Assembly (NCBI GenBank): GCA_051530055.1
Contig: CM121342.1
Span: 14,089,480-14,153,479, forward strand
Direction of reading: 5' to 3'
Length of the DNA: 64,000 nt
Source of the DNA: Neoechinorhynchus agilis
Lineage: Eukaryota; Animalia; Acanthocephala
Shown: positions 38,475 to 52,203 of the stretch, in pieces
How positions within the stretch are numbered: position 1 is the stretch's first letter
How the letters are laid out: every line of letters starts with the position of its first letter
The notes under the pieces: generated by a model
Seen by the model: the letters and a program-made list of their open reading frames with translations, nothing else
What the model was told of the DNA's origin: nothing
The model's database searches: none
Made by a program: the position numbers and the translations under genes

Positions 38475-38899
38475 ACCACTACTCATCTACATACGTCTAC
38501 ACAATACTCACGCAACAAATGTCTCCAGAAAGAAGAAAATAGCAAAGCGATCAATAGTGACCTTTAAACGAGAGATAGATGTTCATTCCGCAATCTTCAA
38601 CTAAAGCTGGTTCATTATTTTCATCTTAGAGAAACAAAGGATGCTCCTGCAATGAAAAGAATATAAAGGCAAACCACTTTCCACATAATAATGCTGACTG
38701 CTTTCTAAAAGTAACGAAAAGAGACGAACAAAAAAACACCGATCTTTTAGCCAACTTTAAAGTCGTTTCTGTTTAAAAGCATCCTTAAGGTAGTGTAAAA
38801 AATAGGTCATCGAATACGGCAACTCAGTTTGACAAGTATCCTGCGGTCAAAGCAGTCTTTGGAATGCACGTTTAGAATTGTAATAATGTTTAACTGTCC

Positions 38900-39330
38900 T
38901 CAGTTAAAAACGACCTTTGTCAAGGTTGATCTGCTTTATCTTACCATCCCTCACCTACGGTTACCCCGTATTTTGCAACCTTTCCAAATCGCTAATCCGC
39001 CGTCTTGAAATTCTTCACAAAAGAGCATCTAAAATTTGCAAAATTTACTTTTCCCTTCTCACCGAATGCCTTGATGATATTTTCTTTAAACAACCAAAAG
39101 GCCTCTCAACCCTACCATGACCATTTTTTCCACGTATCGCTCCCTTTTCACACGACCACAACAGTCGTAATCCTAAATCGTTTTACCCTCCTATACCTCG
39201 CACCTCACTATATCTACGCTCCTTTTTCCATGCTGCCCAATCTTCTCGGATATCATAACCTGAAATGATTCTGAGGAAAGACCAATTTTACAAGCGCTCC
39301 TACAAGCAATAAACACCAATTCCCACCAAA
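38900..39330 (+). mobile_element. CR1/L2-group LINE 3' fragment
   Basis: FILPSLTYGYPVFCNLSKSLIRRLEILHKRASK and the 3' UTR are homologous to the copy at 62700-63990. Confidence 0.75.
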
Positions 39331-39437
39331 ACGGACCTTCCAACCCAACCGGATATTCTCAATCGAACGGACATATTCTCACCCGAACGAACCTTCCCCG
39401 ACTGGATAGTTCCACCCGAATGGACATCCCTCGAACC

Positions 39438-39608
39438 CATAGGTACATGGGTCCTCCTAACCTTTTATATTTTCAACCACAGCCTTCCTAACTTGATTAG
39501 ATATTTCCCGCTCCGACCGGACCTGTTATAGACTCCAAAATCAACCGCCACATTCATTTAAAAAATCAGAACTCGAGTGGTCATGAAGACCCAATGGTGC
39601 ATGGGTTC
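39438..39608. mobile_element. Possible degenerate MITE
   Basis: It has about 30-bp imperfect inverted ends (GAACCCATAGGTACATGGGTCCTC and GAAGACCCAATGGTGCATGGGTTC). A related end lies near 62616-62640. Confidence 0.4.
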
Positions 39609-40999
39609 TATTCTTTTGGCTTTAATAAAACGTGTTATTATTATAAGTCACCCCACATTCTCTTATTCTTGATGAAATCCCATATATTTTCGACTTGAGG
39701 ATTTCTCTACTTTTGGCGTGATTGGAATTCCCCTTTAAGGATCATACGGGCTTGCGTATCCGTAAACGTCTGTCAAACAGCTGCTTTAGGGCAAATTCAG
39801 AACTTGCTGATCAAGTGGTTCGCTCATCAATAACCACAGGAATTTCGTATCACATTCAATGCGAGTTTTTAGTGTCCTTATGAACTTTCCAAATAAAGTC
39901 ATCATGTGATTTCATAATTAGAGGAATTTCAAAAAGAATTTGAGATTCCTTTTTTTTCTAGAAATCTTTTTCTAAACACCATAGAGTCACTTCGATCTGC
40001 TGCCCAAAATAATTGCAAAGTCCAATGTTATCACATTTCATTGAACGATGAATATATAAACTTTCAATGAGTGGTTCGATAGTGCGAAATTAAATGGGAA
40101 TAACCGCGGCATGCAAACAAGCGATAATTTTGTTTTCAATTAACAATTCATTGCTGAAAAGCCTCCTGATCCCCCTGACGATGCAGGCGGACTTCTGATG
40201 GAGCCTAGCACAGTAGAGCGACAGATGATTGAATCTGAGAAGGTTGGTTTTTGTCCCATACACGCGTGTATGTGAAAAGCTTAGTGAGCGTACCCAAGTT
40301 TTGGATTCTTCGACAGCCAATTTCGTGAAACGTTCCACTCTAGAGGAGAATTTTCTCATAAGAATTGCTAAGGAAAACCAGGGAGAATAAAACGCCATCG
40401 GGATTAAGTAGGATATATTTCCAGTGTTAGCTCCAACAGGAACTTATCGACCCAATAAACAGGAATTCGCCAATAAATTTCACACGGTGGTGGCGATTAA
40501 GGGCCACAAAGGGAAGGAATTATTAAAATGCTTGACGATTTCTCTCGGAGGGTTAGCTTCTTCATGTTGAGTCCATCGTTGGACCTATTCTATTCCATTG
40601 AAAGAGATATAAAAATAAAGCCACTCAATTGCCTTTATCGGATAAACTCTTAATTCCCATATGCAATTCTTTTGCTTGAACAGAAACTATCTATGGGAGC
40701 TTCTGCCGCATTTTCTCCAATTGAGTAAACTTTTAAAATTCCAAGAAATCGATTCTTGATTTCAATTTGACCTTATGTTAGAAATGCGCCCAATTAGTCA
40801 GTATGCTTTGTCGTGTTTAAATTGATTTGTGCAGGTTCTCACACCAAAGCCATTTGGCTCGAATTCAGATAAAATTAAATCCTGCAATTGTAACTACTCG
40901 CGTAACAGTTTAAAAATATTATAAGGAATGAGTATCCTTTAATAATCTAATGTCAGGAGATCAAAAGGAATCGTCTGCACCCCTGGCCCCCTTCACGAT

Positions 41000-41640
41000 G
41001 AAACCGCTTATAAAGAAAATCCTTCTAACGAGATTTCTCACGTTCAAGCATTTTGCTGCTCGAAATATCTTACCCTTAACTAAGTGTTTCCAAGTCGTCC
41101 CCTCAATCTCAAATAGCCCTTCCGATCAGCCGCTTCTTCCTTTTCCTATCAATTGTGTCTCGCCTGTTCGTATACTTGGCCTTCATTTTCAGGAAATCTA
41201 AAGTAGGACAAGCACGCTTCAATTTCGTTGCACAAAGATTCCATTAAGCTCTATCTTCTTAAACGCCTCCGATTCCTTGGATTATTATTCAAAGACCTTA
41301 AGTATTTCTATAAAATCGCCATCCTACCAACGCTCACCTACGCGCATATCCAACCTTCTGCAATTTTTCTTCTAAACTATTCAAAAAACTTAACACATTT
41401 AACAAGAGGTGCGCTCTAATCTGCTCCTCCGAACTCCTGCCCTTAGAAGAACACCCCTATCTAAATCTTTCAATAGCACTCAAAGCGTCTTCATTCTCTT
41501 CCTCCTCTTTAATTTCTAGCACACATTTCTCCTTTTACTCACACTTACAACACTCGTGTCGCCCCAATATTTTCCATCTTTCAGTTCCTCGCACAAATCT
41601 CTACCTCCGCTCTTTCTTACACACTGCTCAATCCTCCAAA
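41000..41640 (+). mobile_element. CR1/L2-group LINE RT 3' fragment (more diverged copy)
   Basis: It encodes VSPVRILGLHFQEI, SIKLYLLKRLRFLG and FYKIAILPTLTYA. Confidence 0.7.
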
Positions 41641-42829
41641 TGCGAATTGATTCGAAGGAAAGAACGGAAAACAACAACATAACAAATTAACCGACCAAAA
41701 TCAAATAAATGTACCAAACATAGTCAACTTGCCTAAGGTACAAGGTTCGGTGACTTCTTCCTCTTTTAAATAAAACGTGTTTATAGAAGGAAGCGCATAA
41801 AATCACTTTACACCCTGAACCATATGGTTAGGAACTTTGTACATCCCTTCGGATTATTAGATACTTCCCTAGGAGGCGAGACTCGTCAGTGAGTTTCCTT
41901 CTCCTTTCAACGAGGTATTTCGTTCCCATTTCGTTATGAGTCATCGGCAATAATGGATTTTGGACCCTGTGACGCAAACTGGGATCAGGAACTTTAGTCC
42001 ACTTGACCATTTCGGCACGGCAACGGAATGCACAAACTCTGCCAGTTTTTAAATTTGGGTCAAGTGAATTATTTTTATTTTTTGAAGCCTGGCTAGCCGG
42101 TATCTTTTATTTTGTGTTTAAGAATGAACAGCCGTGAAAAAGGCCACACTTAAACACTTCAAAAAATATGTTTTAATTAATTCCAATTCATTTCAACTTT
42201 CCTTCTCTGCTAACTCAAATTTCAGCTCATCATACATTCAAAAGTAAAGAATAAGAGCTAATAATTTTATGAAGGAAAGATTGAGACGAATCACTGGCGA
42301 TCCGAGATCGGGAGCATTCCTCCTACAAAACAAAAGTCTGGCTGTGCAACGAGGGAACGCTGAATCCGTCCTTTCGACCGTTACATCAGGATGGCAGCTG
42401 AGTGATCCATAGTGGTGGTGTGAATGATTTCATGTTTAGTTAAAAAACTGAATATGAATCTCTTCAAAGCCATTAATCCAAAGAACAGGAGAACAATATT
42501 ATAAACAAAAGGATAGGCTCAATAATGTAATAAAGTTATAATTCACGGAAACCTTTAGAAAGCACCAGAACAGCTTGGTAAGTTAGAGATCGCCCAATCA
42601 ATCAGCTGTGAAGGCGTTGTTCAACACCCTTTAATTAGATCAAGGACAGGAGGATACATACGTGCCAATATATCTTCTAATATACAAAGCAGCGTTGTTC
42701 AACGTGCTCGTTTGTCCGTGTTTCTGAAAATTTGTATATAAAATCGTGTCGATTTCACCATCGAAAAATCCGGCTGGTCGGTTCAGGAGATGATTCCAGG
42801 TCTATGGACACTCTCACTGATTCTGCTCA

Positions 42830-43265
42830 AAGTGTGTTTTTTAGAAGCAGAATTTCTGAATTCTTGGGAACCACCAAGACTTTCTCTACAGAATTTGTGT
42901 CTTAAAATTGGAGCACCTATTATGCTATTGCGTGCAATATTGATCCTCCTACAAAGCTGTGACTCGTCTTTGTGTCAAGACATTATATCCAAATCTTATT
43001 GAGGCAAAGATTATGACAGGTTGTGCCCCCCAGAATACTTCTTATTCCGAATAATCAACCTTTTAATTTCAAACGGGTGCAATTTCCAATTCGTTCAGCA
43101 TTTGCTCAAGGCCATTAATAAGGCTCAAGGCCAATCGTTCCACGTTGCAGGCATCAATTTAGAAACCCCATGCTTTTCACACGGACAACTCTGTGTAGCA
43201 TGTTTGCGAGTGATCAATCCGAACAATTTGTTCATTTTTTCACCAAAAACAAAAGAAATATCCGG
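42830..43265 (+). mobile_element. Helitron PIF1-helicase C-terminal fragment
   Basis: It encodes LCLKIGAPIMLLR..DPPTKLC and AINKAQGQSFHVAGINLETPCFSHGQLCVACLRV..PNNLFIF, with frameshifts. Confidence 0.85.
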
Positions 43266-43681
43266 ATATCCCTGAGATGACCACTTATATGGTCATGCTA
43301 TGGTGGTGTTCGTACATCTAACAAATTGATTATGTTCTCCTCAACTGTTCTGCAGAAAATATTGTTTTGTTTGTGCCATTCGTTGTTACTGTGCCACATT
43401 CAGAACGTTGTACATTTAATTATGTTTCATCCGAACATGCCACTGTCTTGAATTAACAAATTTGTTTGAGCCATGAATACATCGTGTAATTAGAATGTAA
43501 ATTTGTAAATGCAGATACTTATTATTAATCAATTTAGATGTATTACACTGTCACATTATCTATTTTTGGATACTGAAAGTGTCGTTGATCGGCATATGGA
43601 AACATCGTTTATCAAAATTATAATGTGACATTATTGTTTATTTTCTATTTTTTAAATCTGACGAACCGATAACTTTTCATT

Positions 43682-43945
43682 ATCTATCTATGTGTGACCT
43701 TTTTCACGGCTGATAATTTTTCTGTGTGCCTAAGGAAAAATTATCAGCCGTGAAAAAGGCCACACCCAGATTATTGTTTATTTGCACATTCCCTTGATTT
43801 GGACATATCAAGAATACATAAATATGTGCTATAAAACGTTTCTCGTTGCAATACATTGCTATTAACGCGGTTCATCAATTCACTATGAGAAGTAAAGCAC
43901 ATGACTTTAAGTGGTTCCTGGGCGAAGCCGAATATATTAGCTAAT
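43682..43945 (+). mobile_element. Probable non-autonomous Helitron/HINE-like element with a 30-bp subterminal inverted repeat (43692-43765)
   Basis: It starts in (TCTA)n, has the palindrome GTGTGACCTTTTTCACGGCTGATAATTTTT / AAAAATTATCAGCCGTGAAAAAGGCCACAC, and ends CCTGGGCGAAGCCGAATATATTAGCTA, like a Helitron 3' end. Half-copies lie near 42130 and 45174. Confidence 0.5.
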
Positions 43946-44025
43946 TATTCATATATGTCTGACTGTGCGATTAATAATAAACAATTCGTAGTTTTTCTTT
44001 TGGTAGTTTTGCCTTCCCGAATTAA

Positions 44026-44160
44026 AATTCACTAATTTATTTCCGATATTTCACGTTGGATAATTGCGACATGTTTAAAGGACGCATCACAAACAACGAC
44101 AAACCTTGGGAAAATGTCGGAATTATCCAACGTGAAATATCGGAAATAAATTAGTGAATT
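44026..44160. repeat. Foldback element with perfect 40-bp inverted arms (family C)
   Basis: AATTCACTAATTTATTTCCGATATTTCACGTTGGATAATT at 44026-44065 is the exact reverse complement of 44121-44160. A related copy lies at 58354-58487. Confidence 0.9.
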
Positions 44161-47100
44161 TAAATCCGGGTTTGGAAAAACTAAAAAAAAGCATCTTTTT
44201 TCCAAAGATAATAATCTAAGAATTCATTGTTTATACCTGTGCGTTCGGCGTAAGTAGTGCGATGTTGCAAATCGAAACTTTGAACACATTTCAGGTAGAT
44301 TTCTGCAATTTTTCCATTCATGTCGACTAATGCGTTCCGCTTTGATCGGATAATTCTAACATATTAGAATGTCAAATGATACCTACGCGACCGCTTATAA
44401 GCTAAATGAAGTTGAATAAACATTAGTTTGTCAAATTTAATTAAATGCTTAAAGGGAAGATTATATTAATTGATATAATATGCCACTACTTTTTCTATAA
44501 TTTTAATTGTTGAGCTAATATTGAAGCTTTTCTGCAGATTTCACTCATTAAAAGTTAACATTAAGAGCGGTTATAATTATATTTATATTTTTTCCATGTC
44601 AAAACAGACCGAAGACTTGAAAATTTAGTTTATTTTTTAGAGAGCTTTATAAAGCGTTTCAAAACAAACATGGAGAATAAGCGACAAGTAATATCTTTCT
44701 TTAAAAATGATGTAATCATATTTAATTAAAACAATAAATGTACGGTATGGACAATGGTTTTACTTGCAAACTTGGATTAATCAATCAAGCCATAATGATA
44801 GCGATTCTTGTGAAAATAGCAGCATTTGCTAAAGCTAAGATTGCCATTAATAAAATGTATCTTTCAGAGCACGTTGCTTCGTTTCTGGTCCACCAAAACC
44901 TATTTTATCTTAGCACGACCGGGCGCTGTTGACGGTAATCGCTAAGGTACTCGTGTTTCTGTTTGGTTTGAGATTTATTATACGACGTGATACCTAGTTT
45001 TAATGCCACTCGTGAACAGACGAGCTTGCAATTTGCCCTTTCTATGCCACGCTCGCTTACGAGATTTTCCTTCAGATAAATTATATGCGAGACTGTAAAA
45101 GATTGATTTGTAGCATTTTATGAGGATATTCGTGCATATGCTGCCTGTTGAAATTAATCTATTAATATAGATGTGTGGCCTATTATCACACGGCTGTTAA
45201 TTTTTGGGCACACAGCCCACCGACCTGGTTCAGAGTAGTAATTCAATTACTCAACGCACTGAACCATCCGGTACGAGTTTGTACATTACTCCGGATCCCC
45301 AGATACTTTCAGGAGGCGGGACTCATCAATGTTCTATGAATGGAGATAGAAGCTAACCTTAAAATTTAAACAGTATTTCAGGTTGTTAATTTCCGGAACA
45401 ATTTTATTTTTATCCTATATTTAGATCCAGATCACGATTTGAAAAGGTTTAAAGAAATATCAGGATTAGCATTAGCCTTGTTTATTTGGTAGCCATCAAT
45501 CACCCATCGATGTTAGTCTTAGACAAACAGTTAAAATACTAATTATCTAAAACGACAGTATCCTTTCCTTAGGTACAATTCATCTAGCATCTACTATGAC
45601 AACGCTGTTTTTCTCGATAAATGGTTAATGATTAAACAATGGCTGAATTCCTATTCTCAGACAGCGATCTTCCAACCGAGAAGTCTACGCCAGCGTTCTC
45701 AATGTAATTTATTCCATCATGTGCCATTTCTGAACTTAAAAGGTTGAAATATTTTGTTTGATGCTATTCATCGAATGGTGCAAAAGATTAACACAACGCA
45801 ACACACAATGGAAGTTTAAAGATTTCGTCAAGTTTTAAGAAGTAAAGTTATTGGCTGAGCATCATCTGTATGAATGCGTGAAACTGTCAGTTTGATCAGG
45901 ATGCAAAGAAATTTTGATAAAAACGAAGAAATCTTTTTAACTCATTAAATTCCTAAGCATTCACGAATCTCGATTTCAAATTAATGCCATTATTTGAGAA
46001 TCACGCCCTTCTATATCCTTAAATCAACCCAACGACTTTCAAAACGGCCACACTCGGATCACTGACTATCTGTAACCATCCTAAAGGAATTTTAGTGTAT
46101 CTATCAATCATATGGAATTCGTAGATCATGTTTAATAATAAAACAAAATCGTACTGTTAGAAATTTTGCCATTGAACCTTTTTGTGCTAAACAGCACCGG
46201 ATAACTAATCACCATCGCCACATTCAGTCCGAATAAAGAAGATTGCTTGCGGGCATTGCAGGCTAATAAAATTGAAGCAAGTGATATTTTATCGTTTTGG
46301 ATCAACCATTTGCTTCCTGTGACATTTACTTTTACGCCCAGCTGAACTCGTGTGTCGTAGGGTTCAAAGTTCAATGTGCTTACAACAACACCGCGGAATC
46401 GATTTTTGAGCTCACATTAAAAACCGTATTTAAATGATACAAAAAGATCAGTGTTTAAGAGAACACGAATGTAAATCGATTCGACATATAAAAGGTGTTG
46501 AAGCGTGACGAATCGTGATATATATTGCTAATATTCATTGACCTTTTCGCTATTGTAGACGATATTCGAAGGCGTTGTGAACGGTTTGTTGCAGCGATAG
46601 TAGATATCTTTGCATAATCATCCGAAAGTTGGTCTTTTCTGTATCGCCTTCTTCGTATTACGCGTCTCCCGCTGCACCCGGTCTATCTAACATTTCTTTA
46701 TGGAGAGTAGCATTTCGTTGGATCGAAGAAGCACTGCTTTCAGCCTATGTCGACAGTTGCAATAACTTCTACTAGTGCTTCGACTCTGCTGCGGCTTCCA
46801 TGTACATTGCCGCATTCTGCAAACTCGCGTAAGACGAAGGACTGTTGCTTTTCAAATAATCTGATGGTACCCTCAGATTAATTTCATTTATAAGTGTGTA
46901 CTCTATAGGAATTGAACATTTTATTATGAGGATTTTTTTATTATCATGCTGAGTGCAATTAAGCTTGAATTTTTGAACTGTACTCGACTCTTACTACGCG
47001 TCTTAAAATCAGCTGAATTTGATTGCTTTAGACTTGTTTAAAATTGCCATATTCGAGCACCGATAACGTATCGTTCATTATTGTTACTACTAGTTGATCT

Positions 47101-49616
47101 ATTCATATTTTACCACACATAATAATTATATAGAACGCGTCTTTGATCTCTTGATTTGAAAATGTCCTTAACGTTCATTTTGCAGGCACAGAATTGCGTA
47201 CAACCAGAATTATTGAATGGGGTTTGAACATAATCCCCCGCTTAAAGACTCCTCCATTATTATGAAATATTTCGAAAGAGGAAACATCTCATCAGTCAAT
47301 ATTTACCATCCCGAAAAATCTTCTTGATATGATCAATCAGAATAATGTGTTTTAATCCGGCCAACAAAATTTATCTTAGACGAACATATTATCAATGCAT
47401 AGAATGTGGAACAAATCATACGTGAACCTCTGCTCGTGTTAAAGAGAAGTCGACGAACCAGCGGATTGATAGTTTTACAATTAATTCTGACTGTGCTTTT
47501 GAGAAGCAAACCAACAATTTTCTGAAGTCAGTGATTATATTCTTCTTCTTTCTAGATAGGAAATTTATTATTTTATTGATAAGTAAAACTAAAACAAATC
47601 ATGCAGTTATTGGACCTTCTACTTTTGACCATTGTTGGTTGCAAATTTCAGAATTATGTCGGATTTTTCAAGTCTGTGTGCGTCCTTAAATTTCAAGTGT
47701 TAAGCAAGATTGAATTTTCACCCATTACGCATCTCTACACAGTTTTGTGTGAGCATTGGATGTTTTCGCGATCTTTGAAGACAAAAAACACTTATTTTTG
47801 TAAGAGCGACATTTCAACAACGTCTTTAGAACACCTCTCATTCTGAACAATTTAAAGCCATCCATCTCCAATGCCATACACAATTTAATTAAACTTATTG
47901 TTTGAAATGCTAGGTAATTAGAATTATTGTTTCGAACCTTTGCATCTACATTTTGTCAGGTAGTTATTAAATTAAGAGCTTGAATCAAGCCACGTACTCT
48001 AACTTTGTATGCTTCATAAGCCAACAAAGCGGAACTTCTACACGCACGTACCTTCACATTTGCTCATTCCACACCTCATATAAACTTTTCTTTGTTGCAT
48101 GAATAATCGTGATTTTAAGCTTTTGCTTAAACTGACTTATAGAACCGACGCCTAACTCTCACAGTTTCTCCTACGGTCCATTTTTGCTGTTTTTAAAATA
48201 ACTTACACGAATGTGTTTGTTGGGATTAATTCGAGTTTGTGTACCTCAAATTTCTTTTATTTATATATATATTATTCGATGAGAAATATTAAAGTGCTTA
48301 AGAATTCTCGGATCGAGCGGGCATTGAAGTCAATTTTTCATGCAACTTTGTCTTGGCGATCTCGTCAATCATATATTCCACAGAACTTTAAATTTGATGA
48401 AAGCAAACACCACAAATTCTAAACATACATTGAACTGTGAAGAAAACCCACTCTTTAATAGTTTTATCTTGTTCGTAAACTTCGTTCTTTGTTTTAAATA
48501 ACCTGAGGTGACATGGTTATCTGTAGCTCACTCAATTAATTTTAGAGGACACTTTAGGTACAAATAGAACTTTTTATGCTCTAAATAACAACTTGGCTTC
48601 GTTTGAATTTACCGTTCAATTTTCGAATCGTCAATCTTTAAGAAATCCAATCTTTGTATCAGTGTAAATCATTAAGAACTCTATCGCCTGTCGTAAATCA
48701 AATAGAATGGTGACAAAATATTCCGTCAAATTAAAATAGCAATGATACGAATATGAAACATTTATATCATCCAGACGATCTATTCGCAGATTAATAAAGT
48801 GATCATCTCTATTAGATGCGGCAAAGGTGGGATCCGGCAAATGTGATTTATAGTTTGATCGACAATTTATATTTGCGACGATGGTTCAACAAATGCTTAG
48901 TGCCGAGGTGATTAGCAGCGATGTTATCTATGTTCATTGCCGCTTTTTTGTGGAATCATTTGCTTGTTCAGATATATTTTGTTGCATCGCTTTGGGGTTA
49001 CTGTTTTTCGGCCGGTAACATTAAAAAGGTTCAACTGTTCATTCAAATAGATCGAGTGTTTCAAATTCTCCACAATTCAAACGTAATTTGTAGATAATGT
49101 TGTATAAAATTTCAAATTCCTTCAGATCTAAACAATAAAATACCTTTTAACCGATATTATTATCACGACAATTCAACATTTCTTAAGAAGACGATGCTTT
49201 GAAAAGATCTAAACCACAACGATTCATTCCATGGATCAATTTTTGGTTTTTGATTCAAGAATAGTGGTTGATAAATGTTAGAATATTGAATGTATTGCCG
49301 AAATCAGGCGAGGGCAGTAAATTCGTCTGCATAATTACAGCAGATGCACTAAATGGCGCAATAAAATCCTGAAAGGTCCATATTTAAGGTTTCAATTGGT
49401 CAGGTGGTGTATTCATGATGAGAGATTCTAACAATCGATCCAAGGATAATTGATAGCGGTTGACATGTAGCAACTGATAATTAATAATTTTGTCGCAGAC
49501 ATCAGAATCTTATCTCTTGTCGATATGACATATATTCGTCTTCATGACTTTCCATTCCTCCCACCGTTGTTCCAGATCTTTCTTATCGTACAAAACTTCA
49601 CAATCCGCTCTTTCTA

Positions 49617-51819
49617 ATGAACTCCAATCGCCAATCCGGTATGACGCTCTATGCGTTTAAAAATCAAGATTACAACCGTCTCAGGCTCACTCATGACGCT
49701 CAACACCTATTTGAGGATCCAGAATTCCCTGCTACAAGTCGTAGTATGTATTACTCTCAACGTGCCCCCAGCAGTATAATGTGGAAACGTCCGTACGACC
49801 TTAATAAAGATCCACAATTTATAGTGGGTGATGCCAATAGGTTCGATCTTGAACAAGGTGAAATCGGGAACTGTTGGTTTATCGCTGCAGTGTCCATGAT
49901 CACCCAAAACCCGGTGGTATTCGAACGCGTAGTTCCTTTGGATCAAACATTCGATCCTGAGAACTATGCGGGTATTTTTCATTTCCGATTTTGGCAATTC
50001 GGGAAATGGTACGACGTTGTTGTAGACGATCGACTGCCTGTTTGGCCTGATGGAAGACTAGTGTTCTGCAGAAACGCACGAGAACCTAATGAATATTGGG
50101 CTGCTCTACTGGAAAAAGCTTATGCTAAACTATCGTGGTCATATGAAGGACTTGAGGCTGGTCAGACAACCGATGCATTGGTAGACATGACCGGAGGAAT
50201 CGAGGAAACCTTTAGCATTAAAGAAGTGAGCGATAAGGAAGCTTTTTGGGAGACAATGAGAAATGCTCTAAATGAGACGGTGGTAGATGGGTGGGGATAC
50301 CAGTAAGCTACGTCCTTCTCGACAATGCACGATGCTATGATGGGTTGTAGTATTACATCTGATCCGCGGGTCAGGGAAGCTAAGTTGAGCAACGGATTAG
50401 TACGCGGACATGCATATGCCATCACTGGAGCCGTTACAGTCAATGTGAATGGCGAACTTGTTCGACTGATTCGATGCAAAAATCCTTGGGGAAACGAGGT
50501 GGAATGGAATGGTGCATGGAGCGATTTGGATCCGCGGTGGAACTCTATCGATGCATTAACGAAGAAGCAAATGGGTGTCACATCGCAGGCCGATGGAGAG
50601 TTTTGGTGAGTTCAAAGTAATCTCAGGCGGTGCTTGTCGCTAACATCTCATAACTTCGAGCTGAGGATCATTATGAGAGAGACTATCATTTTTAGTAGAA
50701 ATTAGAAGGAACCTCAGCAGCATAATTGAAAAAATCTAAATGAAAAATAGTTTATGTCAAAGTTCATACTTCGAGCCCGTTATGAAAGAGAGGATATAGG
50801 TTTAACCTTGTTGCTTAAGATTTTAAAATGCTTGTAGCTTTTCCTCCGGGATAAATTCACATAAGAAAACTAGACATTTTATTTTTAGGATGACATACTA
50901 TGATTGGTGCACTCATTTCGATCAAGTTCAGTTTTGTAATTTATCCCCAGACAGTTTTGAAGGCAACGAAGCATACAAGCTTCGTAAATGTCCATGGAGT
51001 ATAATCACGTTCGACGGAGCTTGGGTAAAAGGAGTTTGCGCTGGCGGCTGTGGTCAACCAAATGTTGCGAAATTCTGGACGAATCCCCAATACTTGATAG
51101 AGATTGGGCCAACACCGGGTGAAAGATCGCAGGTTCCGTCGACGGATGGGAAATACACTATAATCGTTGCATGCCTTCAAAAGTACACGAGGCAAAAGAG
51201 AATGCAGAATAGAGGACGTCCGGCCGAGGAGTATATCCAACTCCGTGTTTACAAAGCAATCAACACAGCTTCTTCAATCAACGATGAACAGATTCATTTC
51301 TACCCAAAAGATCTCGAACGTGTGGCTACAAGCGGTTCTTATATTAACAAAAGGGAGGTCTCGTGTCGATTGAGAGTACCAGCAGGTTATTATGTAGTCA
51401 TTCCAAGTACTTACCATCCGAATAAAGAAGGAAAATACTTGATTCGTATAATGACAGAAATTCCATCTCCACATGGACGATGTATATTCGGTCCAGGCGA
51501 TGGAGTTGGATCTATGCTTGATACAGTATCATCGGCGCCTTCTAACTTTTTTGATTTTCATGATGGGAAAGGAGATAATCCGAAGTTCGGAATTAAGCAA
51601 TGGTGGGATGCACTTCCGCCGGAGGAACGTGCTCGCGTTATAAAGATGGCCACAAAGACTGCAGCATCCATTGGAGTGTGTTGTTGGTTAGCGTAAGTCT
51701 TAAAACTCGTAGTCTAACGTTAACATGTTTTGTGTGTGTACAGGTTAGTGAGAAATTGTTTTGGAGGAGAAGGAAACAATGGAGATTACGGAAATCATGA
51801 ACGTGATTTCGAAGCTTGA
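49617..51819 (+). CDS. Atypical calpain (CysPc plus domain III, no penta-EF-hand domain)
   Basis: It has QDY..LFEDPEFP, the catalytic triad QGEIGNCWF / RGHAY / KNPWG, and domain III GGC..FWTNPQY, REVSCRLRVPAGYYVVIPSTYHPNKEGKYLIRI. Canonical introns lie at about 50607-50889 and 51693-51743. An anomalous 51-nt interruption lies at 50280-50330. Confidence 0.93.
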
Positions 51820-52203
51820 TTTCTTTTTTTCTTCATTGATTCTATCCACGATGCAGATTAAATTTCGTTTTCTGCTCGTATTTGGGCTGGCAGACAAGGC
51901 GGCGTGCTACACTTAATGAGCCAATAAGCTCAAATTTTGGAACAATGAGATCATCATGGCGTTTATGCTCCTTTTCGAGAGTACTCAAACTGCTCAATTT
52001 TCTATGTTTGCCTTGAATTCTAAGACCACTTTTGTCTTTAGGTTCAAAGTTCCCTACTAATCGAAGACGAGAATCATTGATTCGCGTTGATACGAATAGG
52101 TTTCAAATTAAACACAAAGGTTCCTTGGACGCACGAATGTCTTTAGAAAGCATCAGGGCAGATCAATGTTTTAAATAGTAAGAACAAAAATAAGCTGTCT
52201 TAT

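Noticed and set aside
40050-40950. Short ORFs and an EKPPDPPD motif suggesting a transposon ORF1 or transposase
   Set aside because: The sequence is too degenerate to assign to any family by eye.
41850-41895. CTGACGA...GAAGTATC-TAATAA on the minus strand, hammerhead-like
   Set aside because: Stem II and stem I pairing are not convincing, and there is no second copy in the window.
44200-49500. Long AT-rich stretch with scattered ORFs under 85 aa
   Set aside because: I found no coding motifs, repeats or structure that I can support; it is treated as ordinary intergenic DNA.
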